36,618 nucleotides of DNA, taken from a virus. Below are positions 8,743 to 19,491 of the stretch, in pieces. The DNA is taken from UHGV virus genome UHGV-0373331; one strand, 5' to 3'. Position 1 is the stretch's first letter, and the number at the start of each line of letters is the position of its first letter. The position numbers and the translations under genes were made by a program. The notes below the pieces were generated by a model that saw only the letters and a program-made list of their open reading frames with translations, was not told the origin of the DNA and did no database searches.

Positions 8743-9696
8743 TTATAGCGTGAAGTAGAATTCATTGAACCCAATGTCTTTATGTCCACCAGCAGTATTA
8801 CCTGCTTTATCATTGGTACGTCTAAACATTGCATAGAATTTTTTACCTTTTAGTTTTTTAACATCAAAGGTAACATCTAGACCATAGTTAGTGCCACCTT
8901 TTACGCCATATGCTTTAGTTACATCAGGACGAGACACCGCACCTGCAAGTTGACGTGCAATTTCTTTACCTGTTTTAGCATCAAGTAAAAATACGTAACC
9001 ATAGTTGTAAGGTTGACCGCCTGCGGTAGGTAACATCCATCCTGCCACACGAAACTTATTACCTTGAACATTGAACTTATCCATTTTACCAGTATATCCA
9101 TTAACTGTTTTAGCAGGACTTTTAGCGATAGCTTTATCATGGGACACCGGTTTGCTTGGTGTCACAGGCTTGCTGTTACTCTTAGCGTTAGCAACATCAC
9201 TTCTAAACTGAGCTAAATTGATACCCCATTTAGCAAGATATGGAATAGGGTCAACATGGTCAGAACCATTGTTTGGTTGATTATGTGTTGCATAGTTATG
9301 AGTGATGATACCAGTGTTACCTTGGTCAACAGTGGTAGGTAAGCCTGCTTGTTTTGCTAAGTCATGCAGTAACTCACAATAAATCTTATAATCACGCATA
9401 AACTCGTCTCTATTAGAGTGGGATTCAATTAATTCAACTGATGCATAGCCCCATTGATTCCAACCTCCACCAACATCCCATGCGCCACGATTAACTTCAG
9501 CTAGTTGGATTACTCGTCCATTACCTACAAGATGAGTGTAAAAACCAGTGGTAATGTCTTTAGTCTGAAAATAATCTGCCTCATTTTGTGCTGTACTACG
9601 TGGGTTACCTGTACTGTGTGCGTGTACTTGTCCATATGGAGCATACCCAACTTGGGGCAACCCTGGTCTAATTCGTCTTTCTACTTTATAAGCCAT
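8743..9696 (-). CDS. Endolysin: N-acetylmuramoyl-L-alanine amidase (Amidase_2/PGRP) with a C-terminal cell-wall-binding region
   Basis: The N-terminus [22 protein letters not shown]...[16 protein letters not shown] is typical of Amidase_2. The C-terminal 130 aa are basic and Gly/Tyr-rich. Confidence 0.75.
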   Translation of the reverse strand: MAYKVERRIRPGLPQVGYAPYGQVHAHSTGNPRSTAQNEADYFQTKDITTGFYTHLVGNGRVIQLAEVNRGAWDVGGGWNQWGYASVELIESHSNRDEFMRDYKIYCELLHDLAKQAGLPTTVDQGNTGIITHNYATHNQPNNGSDHVDPIPYLAKWGINLAQFRSDVANAKSNSKPVTPSKPVSHDKAIAKSPAKTVNGYTGKMDKFNVQGNKFRVAGWMLPTAGGQPYNYGYVFLLDAKTGKEIARQLAGAVSRPDVTKAYGVKGGTNYGLDVTFDVKKLKGKKFYAMFRRTNDKAGNTAGGHKDIGFNEFYFTL

Positions 9697-9712
9697 ATTA
9701 TCACTCTCTTTC

Positions 9713-9994
9713 TTATCTCTTTGGTTCTGTATAGTTTAATGCTTTTTCACTATCTGTAATACCTTTAGTTGTTGGGTCTGGAATCATATTTAATGCATTA
9801 ATTACAGTTAAGCCTAAAACATAAGGATTGCTTACTGCTCTGACTAATACATCCAATAATGTATCAAAGGATGTAATATCCTCAAACTTCAAACCAAAGT
9901 AAGCTAGGATAGGTACTGCTAATGCGCCAATAAAACGCAAGATAAATGTTAGGTTGTCTTTGCTAAAACGAACTTTCCAGTTGATTTTTTTCAT
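9713..9994 (-). CDS. Holin (phiLC3/phage_holin_1-like)
   Basis: The N-terminus [17 protein letters not shown] is followed by a TM helix; the protein lies immediately upstream of the endolysin. Confidence 0.6.
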   Translation of the reverse strand: MKKINWKVRFSKDNLTFILRFIGALAVPILAYFGLKFEDITSFDTLLDVLVRAVSNPYVLGLTVINALNMIPDPTTKGITDSEKALNYTEPKR

Positions 9995-10006
9995 TCTACA
10001 TCACTC

Positions 10007-10285
10007 CTATTTCATAAATACGGATAAACCAATACTAACTAATGCTCCAATAACTGCGCCAACAGTTGTACGTGTTAGCCATGTATAGCTGTTTTTAAGG
10101 TCAGCTAATGCCTCTCTATTCTGCGTGGACATGCTGTATGCCTTATCTGCTTTCTCAGATTGACGTTCTAAGCGACTACCATAATCTTTAAAGTCAGCTT
10201 TAATCTCAGGTATATCATCTAACTTTACCTCAATTCTTGCTAACTGTTCTTTCAATGAAACAAACTCCTTATCGTTTAAGTTCAT
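10007..10285 (-). CDS. XhlA-like lysis-associated protein (coiled coil plus C-terminal TM helix)
   Basis: N-terminal coiled coil and the C-terminal TM segment GAVIGALVSIGLSVFMK, located in the lysis cassette. Confidence 0.5.
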   Translation of the reverse strand: MNLNDKEFVSLKEQLARIEVKLDDIPEIKADFKDYGSRLERQSEKADKAYSMSTQNREALADLKNSYTWLTRTTVGAVIGALVSIGLSVFMK

Positions 10286-10334
10286 AGCAAAACACTCCTA
10301 TTCATTTATCACCTCGTTTCCTAGGTCTGTAATC

Positions 10335-10343
10335 ATTATACCA
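10335..10343 (-). promoter_or_regulatory. Lysis-cassette promoter, extended -10 TGgTATAAT (minus strand)
   Basis: The reverse complement reads GATGGTATAATG, about 50 nt upstream of the XhlA start. There is no recognisable -35. Confidence 0.45.
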
Positions 10344-10432
10344 TCTATATGAGCGAAATAGTGTGTCTCTCACGAGCATTCTAAGGCGTTTAAATTTTGT
10401 TAGATGGGTGATTATGCGTTTAAACGCAAATA

Positions 10433-10459
10433 AAAAACCCTCATATGAGGGTTTATTTT
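10433..10459 (-). terminator. Rho-independent terminator after the tail fibre gene
   Basis: AACCCTCATATGAGGGTT stem, with a T-run on the minus strand. Confidence 0.6.
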
Positions 10460-11433
10460 ATAGGATAAGACATTGCACTAATACTACAATATGATGCCTT
10501 ATTAGCTGACGTAAATATCATATTTCCTGCATTAGACACTGCTAATCTACCACCATATGCGGTGTTGGTTGCAGCGTATGAAAATACTGTTTTATCTGGT
10601 AAGATACTAGCTGGCATTGTAGTAACACTACCAGTGTTACCTGGGTGGCCAGTACCTGAGCCTGTTTGAAATGGGTAGAACTCGCCCGCTGGCATTGAGC
10701 CTGATTTTAATCCAAACTGTCCTCGGAAAGAGACTGTTTTACTACCATCTAAATTATAGGCAATCCTGTACTGGCAAGGGTTAGATTCCTTAGTTTCAAA
10801 TGCACTACCTAAGGTTAATGTCACCCAAGGAGTCTTAGTCAATGCTTTAGCGTCTAATACGCCATTATAGTTACCAGATGAGTCACTAAGCGATAATGTG
10901 ATTAAACCACCACGTACCCCTGTAGTAGATTCTGATGTTAGTGTACCTGATTCATCATACATTCTCTGTCTAAGGTTTACAGTACCTTGATGAATATCTG
11001 CTTCTGTAGTAGCAAATTTATATAGTCTTTCACCAGAACTGTTTGTTAAATAGTATGAAGCACCAGCCTGTAGAATACCATCTTTAATACCTAGTTTACC
11101 ATCAGTAACTTGATTTGCACCACTAGTAACCTTTTCATACTCATTAATAAATTCAGAACCACTAATGGTTGTTCCGTTAATAACTCCACCATTTATTTCC
11201 GCTGCTGTGATGATTTTACCAATTAATTCCTCTGCAATAATTTGACTTGCAAACTCAACTTCAACCCATTGTCCATTTTCACGATTGTAACTATTTGTAG
11301 CTTTACCATTAATCACTTTAAACCATGTATCTCCATCTTTTGGGTTAGTTGGCTCTTCCTCTTGCCAGTATACCGTACCTGAACTGGTCTCAATCTGCAT
11401 GTTGTTAATAATTTTCATCCCTTGGGCTTGCAT
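10453..11433 (-). CDS. Tail fibre / receptor-binding protein candidate
   Basis: It is the last gene of the tail module, after Tal. It is Gly/Ser/Thr-rich and beta-rich, with the N-terminal motif EPTNPKDGDTWF. Confidence 0.4.
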   Translation of the reverse strand: MQAQGMKIINNMQIETSSGTVYWQEEEPTNPKDGDTWFKVINGKATNSYNRENGQWVEVEFASQIIAEELIGKIITAAEINGGVINGTTISGSEFINEYEKVTSGANQVTDGKLGIKDGILQAGASYYLTNSSGERLYKFATTEADIHQGTVNLRQRMYDESGTLTSESTTGVRGGLITLSLSDSSGNYNGVLDAKALTKTPWVTLTLGSAFETKESNPCQYRIAYNLDGSKTVSFRGQFGLKSGSMPAGEFYPFQTGSGTGHPGNTGSVTTMPASILPDKTVFSYAATNTAYGGRLAVSNAGNMIFTSANKASYCSISAMSYPIK

Positions 11434-11447
11434 TCATATCTCTCCTT

Positions 11448-12851
11448 TTAATCTTCTGCTTTACAAATATACGTATATCTAAGTTCAGTACCTGCTGTGA
11501 CTGTTATAGATAAGCCAATGTCACTCCATTCAGTATCCAGTGAACCATCCAGCTTTAATCTACTCCATGTAAATGTTTTGAAAAAATTCGTTACATCTAA
11601 TGTTCCTTTCATCACTCTACATGTCAATGTGATTGTACCCTCACCATTTACGAAAAATGGCGCTGAAGAATCAATCTCAACTATATAAGGCACTGCATTG
11701 TTTATCTTATCGTTCAACTCATTAGCAAGTTCCTGCAAACGTTCAGATAAGCCACTCTCTAATATAACAAAGTCAGATAACTCACACACCACTTGTTCTG
11801 ATTCATAATTAACAGTTAGTTTCTGTACTCTACTAGATAAAAATAGATCTTCATTTTCATCTATAATATCTACCGTATCACCTACAGTTAATTGTGATGG
11901 AATGTTGGCGATATCTACAATATAATTAACTACAGGAACACTGTATTTTTTCAGCCAGTTCATAGTCGTTTCTGCAAGCTCTTTCTGGCTTGTGGTTGTC
12001 CATGATTTGTGTTGTAAGAAGTAGTGTGATTGGGTGTTTGTTCTACTCCACATTTTAACGTTTTCAGTGTCATACACATAGCCATTTTCTGGATTAATGA
12101 CAAAGCGTCCACTACTGTCCGTCCACTTGTAGCCTCTCAGAGTGATAGGTTGATCCTTACCTTCTGGTGTTCCACCTGTTGGCTTAATTGCATTAACAAG
12201 TTGATAAATGTCTTCCTCTGTTTCAATGGAATTAATGTCTTTATTTACATATAATTTTTTACGTTCATCAACTCCACGTTTTTTATAGATGTCTATTTTA
12301 CGCTTAGCCAACTGGTTCCCAACGAATTCAAATGAAAACTCTATTTCTGCATTATCAAATTGTGTTGCTACTGATTGAATACGTTCTAATGCAGTCATGT
12401 CACTATCCCATTCTAGTGTACGTGTTAAGTTAGGTATTTCATTTTTACCAATAACGAAACCAGAATCATACGTGAATTTCTCAATATACCACGCAATGTT
12501 ATGCTTCCCTTGTGCAGGAAACGCAGGCAGGTTTTCATTTAATAAGTCCATTCCAGCGTCTTCACATTCTAGTGTGCGTATTTGAGTCAGTGGATTATGT
12601 GTCACTTTGAGTATTGTCATCCAAACAAATTTCTGATTCAAATCTTGATATAATACATAATTACCAACTGCTACATCTTTTTTAATTTTTGTGGTATTGT
12701 CTTTTGTAAACGCTAACTGTAGAGTCATTCTACGTGACGCTGTTTCTAGTGTACTTACATCACTTGCGCTTAATACAGGGTATTCTACGTCAGCACTTGT
12801 TGAAGCAATTGTTTTCAATTCAAAGGTTCTGTCAGTTATATAAAAATCCAA
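11448..12851 (-). CDS. Tail-associated protein Tal (prophage-tail family, no lysin domain)
   Basis: Positioned after Dit. About 460 aa, matching the structural N-terminal Tal domain. TTG start after GAAAGGAGTG. Confidence 0.5.
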   Translation of the reverse strand: MDFYITDRTFELKTIASTSADVEYPVLSASDVSTLETASRRMTLQLAFTKDNTTKIKKDVAVGNYVLYQDLNQKFVWMTILKVTHNPLTQIRTLECEDAGMDLLNENLPAFPAQGKHNIAWYIEKFTYDSGFVIGKNEIPNLTRTLEWDSDMTALERIQSVATQFDNAEIEFSFEFVGNQLAKRKIDIYKKRGVDERKKLYVNKDINSIETEEDIYQLVNAIKPTGGTPEGKDQPITLRGYKWTDSSGRFVINPENGYVYDTENVKMWSRTNTQSHYFLQHKSWTTTSQKELAETTMNWLKKYSVPVVNYIVDIANIPSQLTVGDTVDIIDENEDLFLSSRVQKLTVNYESEQVVCELSDFVILESGLSERLQELANELNDKINNAVPYIVEIDSSAPFFVNGEGTITLTCRVMKGTLDVTNFFKTFTWSRLKLDGSLDTEWSDIGLSITVTAGTELRYTYICKAED

Positions 12852-12874
12852 GTCTACTCACTCCTTTCTTATTC

Positions 12875-12914
12875 ATTATAACATAAAGAGAGAGACTTTT
12901 GCAAGTCTCTCTCA
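12875..12914 (-). promoter_or_regulatory. Terminator hairpin (12888-12914) plus extended -10 TGtTATAAT (reverse complement of 12875-12885)
   Basis: GAGAGAGAC ttttgca GTCTCTCTC stem. Downstream on the minus strand: TTTATGTTATAATG, then the RBS. Confidence 0.5.
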
Positions 12915-12918
12915 TGTT

Positions 12919-15024
12919 TTATAGATAGTTTTGTGTAATCTCTGCGGTTACTTCTGCCATGTTGGCCCACTCAGAAACAATTGGCTGAATGATGGTTTCA
13001 CCTGTTTCTAACTCGAATTTTTCCCACTGATTACCTACCACGTTTAGTTGATTGTTCACAACACCATTAACAAAAAACTCTCTAGTTGCTGTATCAATCT
13101 CAACGAGGTCACCATCTTGGAAATAGTTCCTCAAGTCTTGATAGTATGGTGTTCCTTCCCAACGTGCTTGCATGTCAGTCATTTTCATAATAACATGATG
13201 CTTATTTGAGAAGCGCATAATCCAGAAACCAGTTTTTGTGAATTTACTTGTATCTGGTTCAGGCAATGTCCAAGTAAATTTATACTCTTTATCTATTGCA
13301 ACTGTGGATAATCCTCCTGAAGTATTAGTTAGATGTTTGATTTGTACCATTCTCCATATTAGTTTATCACCTCTCCTATCCATATTCATTTCATAAAAGG
13401 CTTTAGTGAATACTTTTCTATCTAATATTTGCTCATGTAACCTCTTATTCTTATACCACGCTTCGAACACGAGTTCATTTGATGTGAGGTTACTATCCCT
13501 AATTATTGCAGTCATAATAGGGTCACCATTTTCATCAAAGGTTGAGAACTCAATTCTACCACGCTGTGCTTTATTATAATTATCAAATATAAAACGGAAA
13601 TGTGTGGAAATTGGTAGTGTTCTATCTGTGTTTGATGGCGCTTGAATATCTGCCAAAATAGTTGGGCCATGCCATACATTTATTTCACCAACACCTTTAA
13701 ATATTGGTGAAATTGCATCAACATCTTGTTTCATATCCCATGTACCTTGTACTAAGTTTGGTGTAGATGGATTACTATTCTTATTTGGGTATACTGATTT
13801 GAAACCAGTGTTCACTTTTAGAGCTGGATTCAATGTATTACCCCAAAAGCCTTCCTCCAGACCTTTTTCAACTCTTGCAGATTGTTTCCCATCAACGTCT
13901 TCAGGGTTGCCAAACTGCAAGATAGCTCCATTTTTATTCAACAGGGCAACTAGTCCGTTTTCTCCTTTCATTCTGAATGAAAAGCGTGGCTTCGTTCTAT
14001 AAGTCCCATTGTTTTTAATCTTAATCAAGTCACCAACAGAATCCCCACTTGGTACATATTCAACTGCGTTAATATTTGGTGGTAGAAAACTAACCATTGG
14101 TTTACTCCATTTAATAAGGTTACTTCCTCTGAAACCATATTGCAGATTGATAGCATTGGTATTCTCGTTTTCAATCTTAACAACTGACCCATACTTAGTG
14201 AACTCAGTAGTTACTTTTTTAGGGATATACACAATGTGTCTCTTAAGTATTGCTCCCTTCACGGTGTCCCACTCTTCTAGTATTACTTGTCCAGCGTAAT
14301 TTTTGTTATTCTCTTCATCAATTGATACTACTTGTGCGTACACGCTAAAGTTAACTTCGTCTCCAACTTTCAACTCATCAGTATGAATAGTTGTGGCTGG
14401 ATTGTAATTTAGCCAACGCTCATCTGAGTTTTTATCACGCTCAAAATTCAATGGGATACCATTCGTGAAATCACCTTGAACTACATTAGAGTTATTAAAC
14501 TTCTCATCTAGCTTCTGTACCCAGGGTTTCATATATTTATTGATAGCATTATACTCACTATCCAGCATGACGTTTGTTGTGGTTGAGTAGGTGTTGGAAA
14601 AACCAATTGGCTCTATTGCATGTGCCATCCCATCTGGAACGTCAAACGTCAGTGTAAGCGGTGTATACTTCAAATCTGTTGCGTCATACTCTTCAGCTCC
14701 TGTGAAGATAGCATTGAAGTATCTATCTGGAAAAATGTCAAAAACAAGCTTTTGTGGTTCGTCACTATTGACTAACGCTTTCAGTTCATCCATCACTTGT
14801 GGTACTGTTTTGCCTGTATTATCAAAGATAATAAAACCATCAATGCTTAATGTGTAATCTCCTAATCTAGTGTTTCTAAAATGTTTTCCATCAGTATTGC
14901 CTACTTGAAAAAACTCGTTTTCTTTTGATAAAAACGGGATATTCAATTTAGCAATTTGAAACAAGTGTTTTGTTTCTTTTCCGTCAATCGTAAAGGATCG
15001 TAGAAAATCATAATTTTGCGCCAT
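12919..15024 (-). CDS. Distal tail protein Dit, enlarged form (701 aa)
   Basis: The N-terminus matches the siphovirus Dit fold region and the gene lies immediately after the TMP gene. The extra ~400 aa suggest inserted carbohydrate-binding modules. Confidence 0.55.
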   Translation of the reverse strand: MAQNYDFLRSFTIDGKETKHLFQIAKLNIPFLSKENEFFQVGNTDGKHFRNTRLGDYTLSIDGFIIFDNTGKTVPQVMDELKALVNSDEPQKLVFDIFPDRYFNAIFTGAEEYDATDLKYTPLTLTFDVPDGMAHAIEPIGFSNTYSTTTNVMLDSEYNAINKYMKPWVQKLDEKFNNSNVVQGDFTNGIPLNFERDKNSDERWLNYNPATTIHTDELKVGDEVNFSVYAQVVSIDEENNKNYAGQVILEEWDTVKGAILKRHIVYIPKKVTTEFTKYGSVVKIENENTNAINLQYGFRGSNLIKWSKPMVSFLPPNINAVEYVPSGDSVGDLIKIKNNGTYRTKPRFSFRMKGENGLVALLNKNGAILQFGNPEDVDGKQSARVEKGLEEGFWGNTLNPALKVNTGFKSVYPNKNSNPSTPNLVQGTWDMKQDVDAISPIFKGVGEINVWHGPTILADIQAPSNTDRTLPISTHFRFIFDNYNKAQRGRIEFSTFDENGDPIMTAIIRDSNLTSNELVFEAWYKNKRLHEQILDRKVFTKAFYEMNMDRRGDKLIWRMVQIKHLTNTSGGLSTVAIDKEYKFTWTLPEPDTSKFTKTGFWIMRFSNKHHVIMKMTDMQARWEGTPYYQDLRNYFQDGDLVEIDTATREFFVNGVVNNQLNVVGNQWEKFELETGETIIQPIVSEWANMAEVTAEITQNYL

Positions 15025-15056
15025 GTTTATCTCTCCTCAGTCTTTAATATAGTACA

Positions 15057-15065
15057 AGTATAACA
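15057..15065 (-). promoter_or_regulatory. Extended -10 TGtTATACT upstream of Dit (minus strand)
   Basis: The reverse complement reads TTTTTTGTGTTATACTTG, between the TMP stop and the Dit RBS. Confidence 0.4.
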
Positions 15066-15097
15066 CAAAAAAGGGACTTATACAAGCCCCTAATTTG

Positions 15098-18000
15098 CTA
15101 AACTAGCCCTAAATCACGATTATTATTTAATTGATTCCTTGATTGAATTTTTTGTAGTTTGCTATTTAACTTCTCACCATCTAGTACTACATTTGTATCT
15201 TTAGCTAAAATGGCCATAAGTAGTTCGTTTTGCTGTTGTAACAATAAAAGCATTTTCGCCATGTCAGAGTTAGTACTTGAAGTCGTTCCAGATACTGGTG
15301 CTGCCTGGGTGTGATTAAGCTTCTCATTGGCATATGCCAATAGTTGCATAGCTCTTGACCGTTTTAACCCAGAGCCAGTTAGTGGGATAACTACTTCTTC
15401 CTTGTTACCTTCTCCAACTTTTGCAAAATGTTCTTTCGTGATGATTCCACCGTTCTCATAGCCAACTCCACGATAAGCGTTGGTTAGTGAGCCGTATGTT
15501 GCAAGGGCATACTTGATAGAAGCTAGAATATTACTTAGTGGGTCATAGATATTACTATTGAATCCAGGCATTGCATACTGTCTGAATGTTGGGTCAATCA
15601 CTTGCATTAAACCTTTTGATGGTGTACCCTTCATAGCGTTTGGATCCCACAAGTTAATTGCTTTAGGATTACCATTTGACTCCGTACGCATTTGATTTAG
15701 TAATGCGTTTAAGTTTGCAGCACTGTATTGACCAGTCATTTTCAATGCTCTAATTGCTGCGTTTCGCCATCTTTCAACACCACTACCTCCCACGCTATCA
15801 CCTGAGATTTGAGTGTTTTGTGGATCTCTTACACCGTTTAAATGCACGTGGTCGTAGTGGTCACCATCAGGCCATGTCCGCCAATCATCATGCACACCTG
15901 TACCTGATTGCCCTGAACGGTCACGAACTTTACCATTAGTAATGACATAACCAATCTTAGAGGCAAATTTGTCAAACGCATAGTTTGCCGCTTCTGTGTA
16001 TCGTGGCGAGCCACCTGTGACGCCTGGTAGGGCAATATCAATGGCATTACGTTTACCATGTGAATAGGGGTCACCTGGTCTATACCCACTAGTTGCCACA
16101 AAGCCTGGGAATTTCTTCATCACAGATTTCGCTACATCTGCTAAATATTTATAGACGCCATTTGTTCCTATGGAGGTATCTAAGTTACCAGATGAGAACA
16201 ACCCACTTATCTTTTCAGTTAGTGCGCTGGTTGCTTTAGATAGAATGCCTTTACCTACTTCTAATGGATATTTTGTCAACCCACCTAATACATCTAAGCC
16301 ACCAAGTACTTTTCTAGCTAATGCGCCAGGGTCTGAAATGAAGTCCCAAACATCTCCTACAACATTTTTGAGTTTATTCCCTACATTACCAGCAACACCT
16401 TTGACGTTACTCCATAAATTTCCAAAGAAGTTAGTACCTTTTTTGTAACGATACTTAGGTGCTTTAGAACCTTGAAGCTGTGCTGTTTCTTCTGCTGTTA
16501 AGACGTGCGTTCCTTTTGGTGCATTCAATACTACGTTACGTCCTTTAGGAATAAAAGCTCTACCATCTGGTGTGATGACTGTTTCTGCCCCACGTCCATC
16601 ATTGACCATCATAGGACCGTTAATTGGATGCCCACCATCTGGTGTACCTGTAGCGTACTGAGGTACTTCCCACTCTTTTAGAGGTTCTGCGCCTAATTTT
16701 TCAAGTACCCATGACGCACCTTTAATGATACCATTGACTGGTTTTCCAATGGCTCTAAGTGCTGCATTGAATACAGATTTAAAGGCATCCGCTACTTTAC
16801 TTCCTCCTGATTTAAACTTATCAGCTAACTCACCAGGTAAGTTTTTAAACCAGTCTTTCATTTTTGTTAACCATGTGCTAAACTTGAGAGATATGTCACT
16901 AATCCAGCCAGTGAACGCTGCGGTCGTTTTGGTGTTCCACTGTTCAATACTTGTAATCATATCACCCAAGAAGGTGTTTTTCAAGTTCTCTTTGATTGAG
17001 TTGGAAATGCGGTCGTACATGTTCTTTATTTCTTCCCACGCACCAGACCAGTCACCTTTGAATATTTTACTCCAAATCTTGATTGTACTAGAGATAATAA
17101 TCATTGCTGTTTCAACGGTGGACATTATTAAAGCTAGTTTAAGCTTGATACCTTCCCACATCAGCCCAAATGCGCCAATAACTACGTTAGAGTTACTTTG
17201 TGATGACCCACCAAAATTATCTAACGCCCCAGAAATATCTGCTAAATCACCTGAGATACGACCAAGCCAGTCACTAAACTGTTGAAATAGAGGTAATAAA
17301 TCAGGTGCAATCTTGTCATCCCAAATCTTAACTAAATCGTTCCAGGATTGAATCATTTTATCCAAACCTTCTTCAAGAAGTTTCTTTATTACCTCTTTAA
17401 CAGAATCAAACGCCGTATTAATGTTCTCTTTAGCTGTTTCTAGTGTTTCTATATCTTCTTGACTCATCCCTAATGAACGTAGCAACGAGTATCCTTGCAT
17501 TTGGGTGGCTTCATCACCAGTAAACAACTTCCAGAAGCCTTTTACGTATTGTCCAAACAGTTCTAATTTTTCTTTAGTGTTAGTTATGAAGTCCTCAAGT
17601 GCCCACGCTGTTTCTGTATTCATACCTAAATAGTTAAGAATAGTATAGTCACTTGGAGCCACTGTGCCATCCCACATTTTTTTAACTACATCAATGACGT
17701 TCTTAACCGCTGTACTGTAGAAAAAGACCAGTTGTTCAGCAACTCTCATACCTTCGCTCAAATATCCGTTTACTACATCAAACACGTCTCCAACCCATGC
17801 AAAGTTTTTTGCAATTTCAGGCATGACAGCAGCGACTTTTTTCATGAAGTTTTCCATGTTTTTTCCAGAGTTTGTAATAAACTCACTGATTGTTGGTAAG
17901 TTCATATTTGCAAGCATTGCGTCCACACTCTTAATTAGTTCAGCCGTTCCACGTACCATAGCGGTTTTAGCATTTGCGAGTGAGGTACCAATCCCTTTTG

Positions 18001-19411
18001 TGGAGTCTTTTGCAATCTGTTCTAATGATTTAAGACCGCCACCGCCTTCTTTATCCATCTTAATTAAGGCTTTTTGGAAGTCTGTTACTGAGATCTTACC
18101 TTCTGAAAGACCATCTTTCAACTCACCAGTCGTTTTACCCATTTGCTTAGCTAAGGCGTTTAAAGTAGGCCCAAGTCCTGAGTTAATCATGGAGTTCCAA
18201 GTTTGAGCGTCTATTTTACCATTAGAGAATGATTGAGATAACTGAACAATGGCATTATTCGCCATGTTTGCGTCTCCACCAAAGCCAAGGATTGCGTCAT
18301 TTAATGCCTTATAAACATCTACAGATAAATCTAAGTCTCCTGTTGAGGCAGCTAATAATTGAACGTTAGATACAGAATCATTTAACGCTGTTGGTAATCC
18401 TTCAATTGCTTTAGAAATGTTTTTCATTGCTTTAGCTGTTTTATTAGCGTCAAATCCCATATTCTGGAAGGCTCTTGACGAGTTTGCCAACGTATCAATA
18501 CGTTTAATCGCTGAATCAACATTTGAGCTTACAGCGTTGAATGCCTTATTACCTACTGTTAGTAAAGCGCCTAAACCAACTTTACCAACTACTTTACCAA
18601 TACCACCCAACATTGTTCCTAAACCAGATGATACTTTGCCTAGACTTTTGACAACTTTGGTACTCGCTGGTTCACTGTCCTTCATTTCATTATTTAGACC
18701 TTTGAAAGAGCTCTTGGCTTCCTGTAAATTTTTGTTAGTACCTTCAAGCTGCTTACTAGTGATATTTTGTTGACGTTTGAATCCTTCTAACTTATCTTTA
18801 GCGTCAAGTACTTGTTTTGAGTTAGCACCATATTCTTTCGTTAACTCTTTGACTACTGTTTCTTGTGCTGCAATAGCTTTAGATGCTAATTTCTCCTGTG
18901 TTTCAAGTCCTTTTTTCTGAGCTTTATATGCTCCTACTTTGTCACCTGCTCCTTTTAATGCTGACACTTCTTCCTTCATTGCTTTTTCATTTGAAGCTAA
19001 GGCTTTAGTGTGTTTATCAACACCGCTTGAAGCTATAATGTAAGCTTGGCTACTTTTATCTAATTCTCTTGAATATTGATTATATTTTGTTGAGGCTTTA
19101 TTGATTTCAGCATTGGTTTTAGCTACTGCTGCTGATTCTGCACCATATTGTTTAATTTGTTTTTCTTTTCTTTGTTCTAATAATTTAATCTTTTTAGCTT
19201 GTAGCTCAAAAATGGCTGCTAAGTCTTCTTCTTGTCTAGCATAGTCCTCTGCCGTTTTGTTTGCTTTATCCATTGTGGATATATTCGTTTTCATTGCTGA
19301 TTCTGTCTGTTTAATTGCTCTATTTAACTTATCTAATGTATTTAAAGACTCATCTAAACCATCAAATCCAACCCCAAATTTCATATTTCCTATAGGTCTA
19401 TCTTGTGCCAT
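15098..19411 (-). CDS. Tail tape measure protein (1437 aa) with C-terminal lytic transglycosylase (SLT) and peptidase M15 domains
   Basis: Start refined to ATG 19411, after AAAAGGAGTG. The track start at 19492 would read through the upstream terminator hairpin. Long alpha-helical repeats. The M15 SxHxxGxAxD signature is SGYRPGDPYSHGKRNAIDIAL...DHYDHVHL. An SLT-like motif is ESNGNP...KGLMQVIDPTFRQYA. Confidence 0.85.
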   Translation of the reverse strand: MAQDRPIGNMKFGVGFDGLDESLNTLDKLNRAIKQTESAMKTNISTMDKANKTAEDYARQEEDLAAIFELQAKKIKLLEQRKEKQIKQYGAESAAVAKTNAEINKASTKYNQYSRELDKSSQAYIIASSGVDKHTKALASNEKAMKEEVSALKGAGDKVGAYKAQKKGLETQEKLASKAIAAQETVVKELTKEYGANSKQVLDAKDKLEGFKRQQNITSKQLEGTNKNLQEAKSSFKGLNNEMKDSEPASTKVVKSLGKVSSGLGTMLGGIGKVVGKVGLGALLTVGNKAFNAVSSNVDSAIKRIDTLANSSRAFQNMGFDANKTAKAMKNISKAIEGLPTALNDSVSNVQLLAASTGDLDLSVDVYKALNDAILGFGGDANMANNAIVQLSQSFSNGKIDAQTWNSMINSGLGPTLNALAKQMGKTTGELKDGLSEGKISVTDFQKALIKMDKEGGGGLKSLEQIAKDSTKGIGTSLANAKTAMVRGTAELIKSVDAMLANMNLPTISEFITNSGKNMENFMKKVAAVMPEIAKNFAWVGDVFDVVNGYLSEGMRVAEQLVFFYSTAVKNVIDVVKKMWDGTVAPSDYTILNYLGMNTETAWALEDFITNTKEKLELFGQYVKGFWKLFTGDEATQMQGYSLLRSLGMSQEDIETLETAKENINTAFDSVKEVIKKLLEEGLDKMIQSWNDLVKIWDDKIAPDLLPLFQQFSDWLGRISGDLADISGALDNFGGSSQSNSNVVIGAFGLMWEGIKLKLALIMSTVETAMIIISSTIKIWSKIFKGDWSGAWEEIKNMYDRISNSIKENLKNTFLGDMITSIEQWNTKTTAAFTGWISDISLKFSTWLTKMKDWFKNLPGELADKFKSGGSKVADAFKSVFNAALRAIGKPVNGIIKGASWVLEKLGAEPLKEWEVPQYATGTPDGGHPINGPMMVNDGRGAETVITPDGRAFIPKGRNVVLNAPKGTHVLTAEETAQLQGSKAPKYRYKKGTNFFGNLWSNVKGVAGNVGNKLKNVVGDVWDFISDPGALARKVLGGLDVLGGLTKYPLEVGKGILSKATSALTEKISGLFSSGNLDTSIGTNGVYKYLADVAKSVMKKFPGFVATSGYRPGDPYSHGKRNAIDIALPGVTGGSPRYTEAANYAFDKFASKIGYVITNGKVRDRSGQSGTGVHDDWRTWPDGDHYDHVHLNGVRDPQNTQISGDSVGGSGVERWRNAAIRALKMTGQYSAANLNALLNQMRTESNGNPKAINLWDPNAMKGTPSKGLMQVIDPTFRQYAMPGFNSNIYDPLSNILASIKYALATYGSLTNAYRGVGYENGGIITKEHFAKVGEGNKEEVVIPLTGSGLKRSRAMQLLAYANEKLNHTQAAPVSGTTSSTNSDMAKMLLLLQQQNELLMAILAKDTNVVLDGEKLNSKLQKIQSRNQLNNNRDLGLV

Positions 19412-19444
19412 CAAGTTCACTCCTTTTGGTTGCTTTCTTAATCT

Positions 19445-19491
19445 ATTATAACATAAAAAGAGACACTCTAGCGGTGTGCTAAAGTGTCTCA
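19445..19491 (-). promoter_or_regulatory. Terminator hairpin (19459-19491) plus extended -10 TGtTATAAT (reverse complement of 19445-19455) upstream of TMP
   Basis: The minus strand reads GGTGAGACACTTTAGCACACCGCTAGAGTGTCTC TTTTTATGTTATAATAG. The sequence is near-identical to the cassettes at 12875 and 20077. Confidence 0.5.

Noticed and set aside
16170-18773. Plus-strand ORFs inside the tape measure gene (16170..16448, 16725..17285, 17823..18206, 18417..18773)
   Set aside because: They lie antisense to a well-supported 1437-aa gene. They have low-complexity translations and no RBS, so they are typical shadow ORFs.
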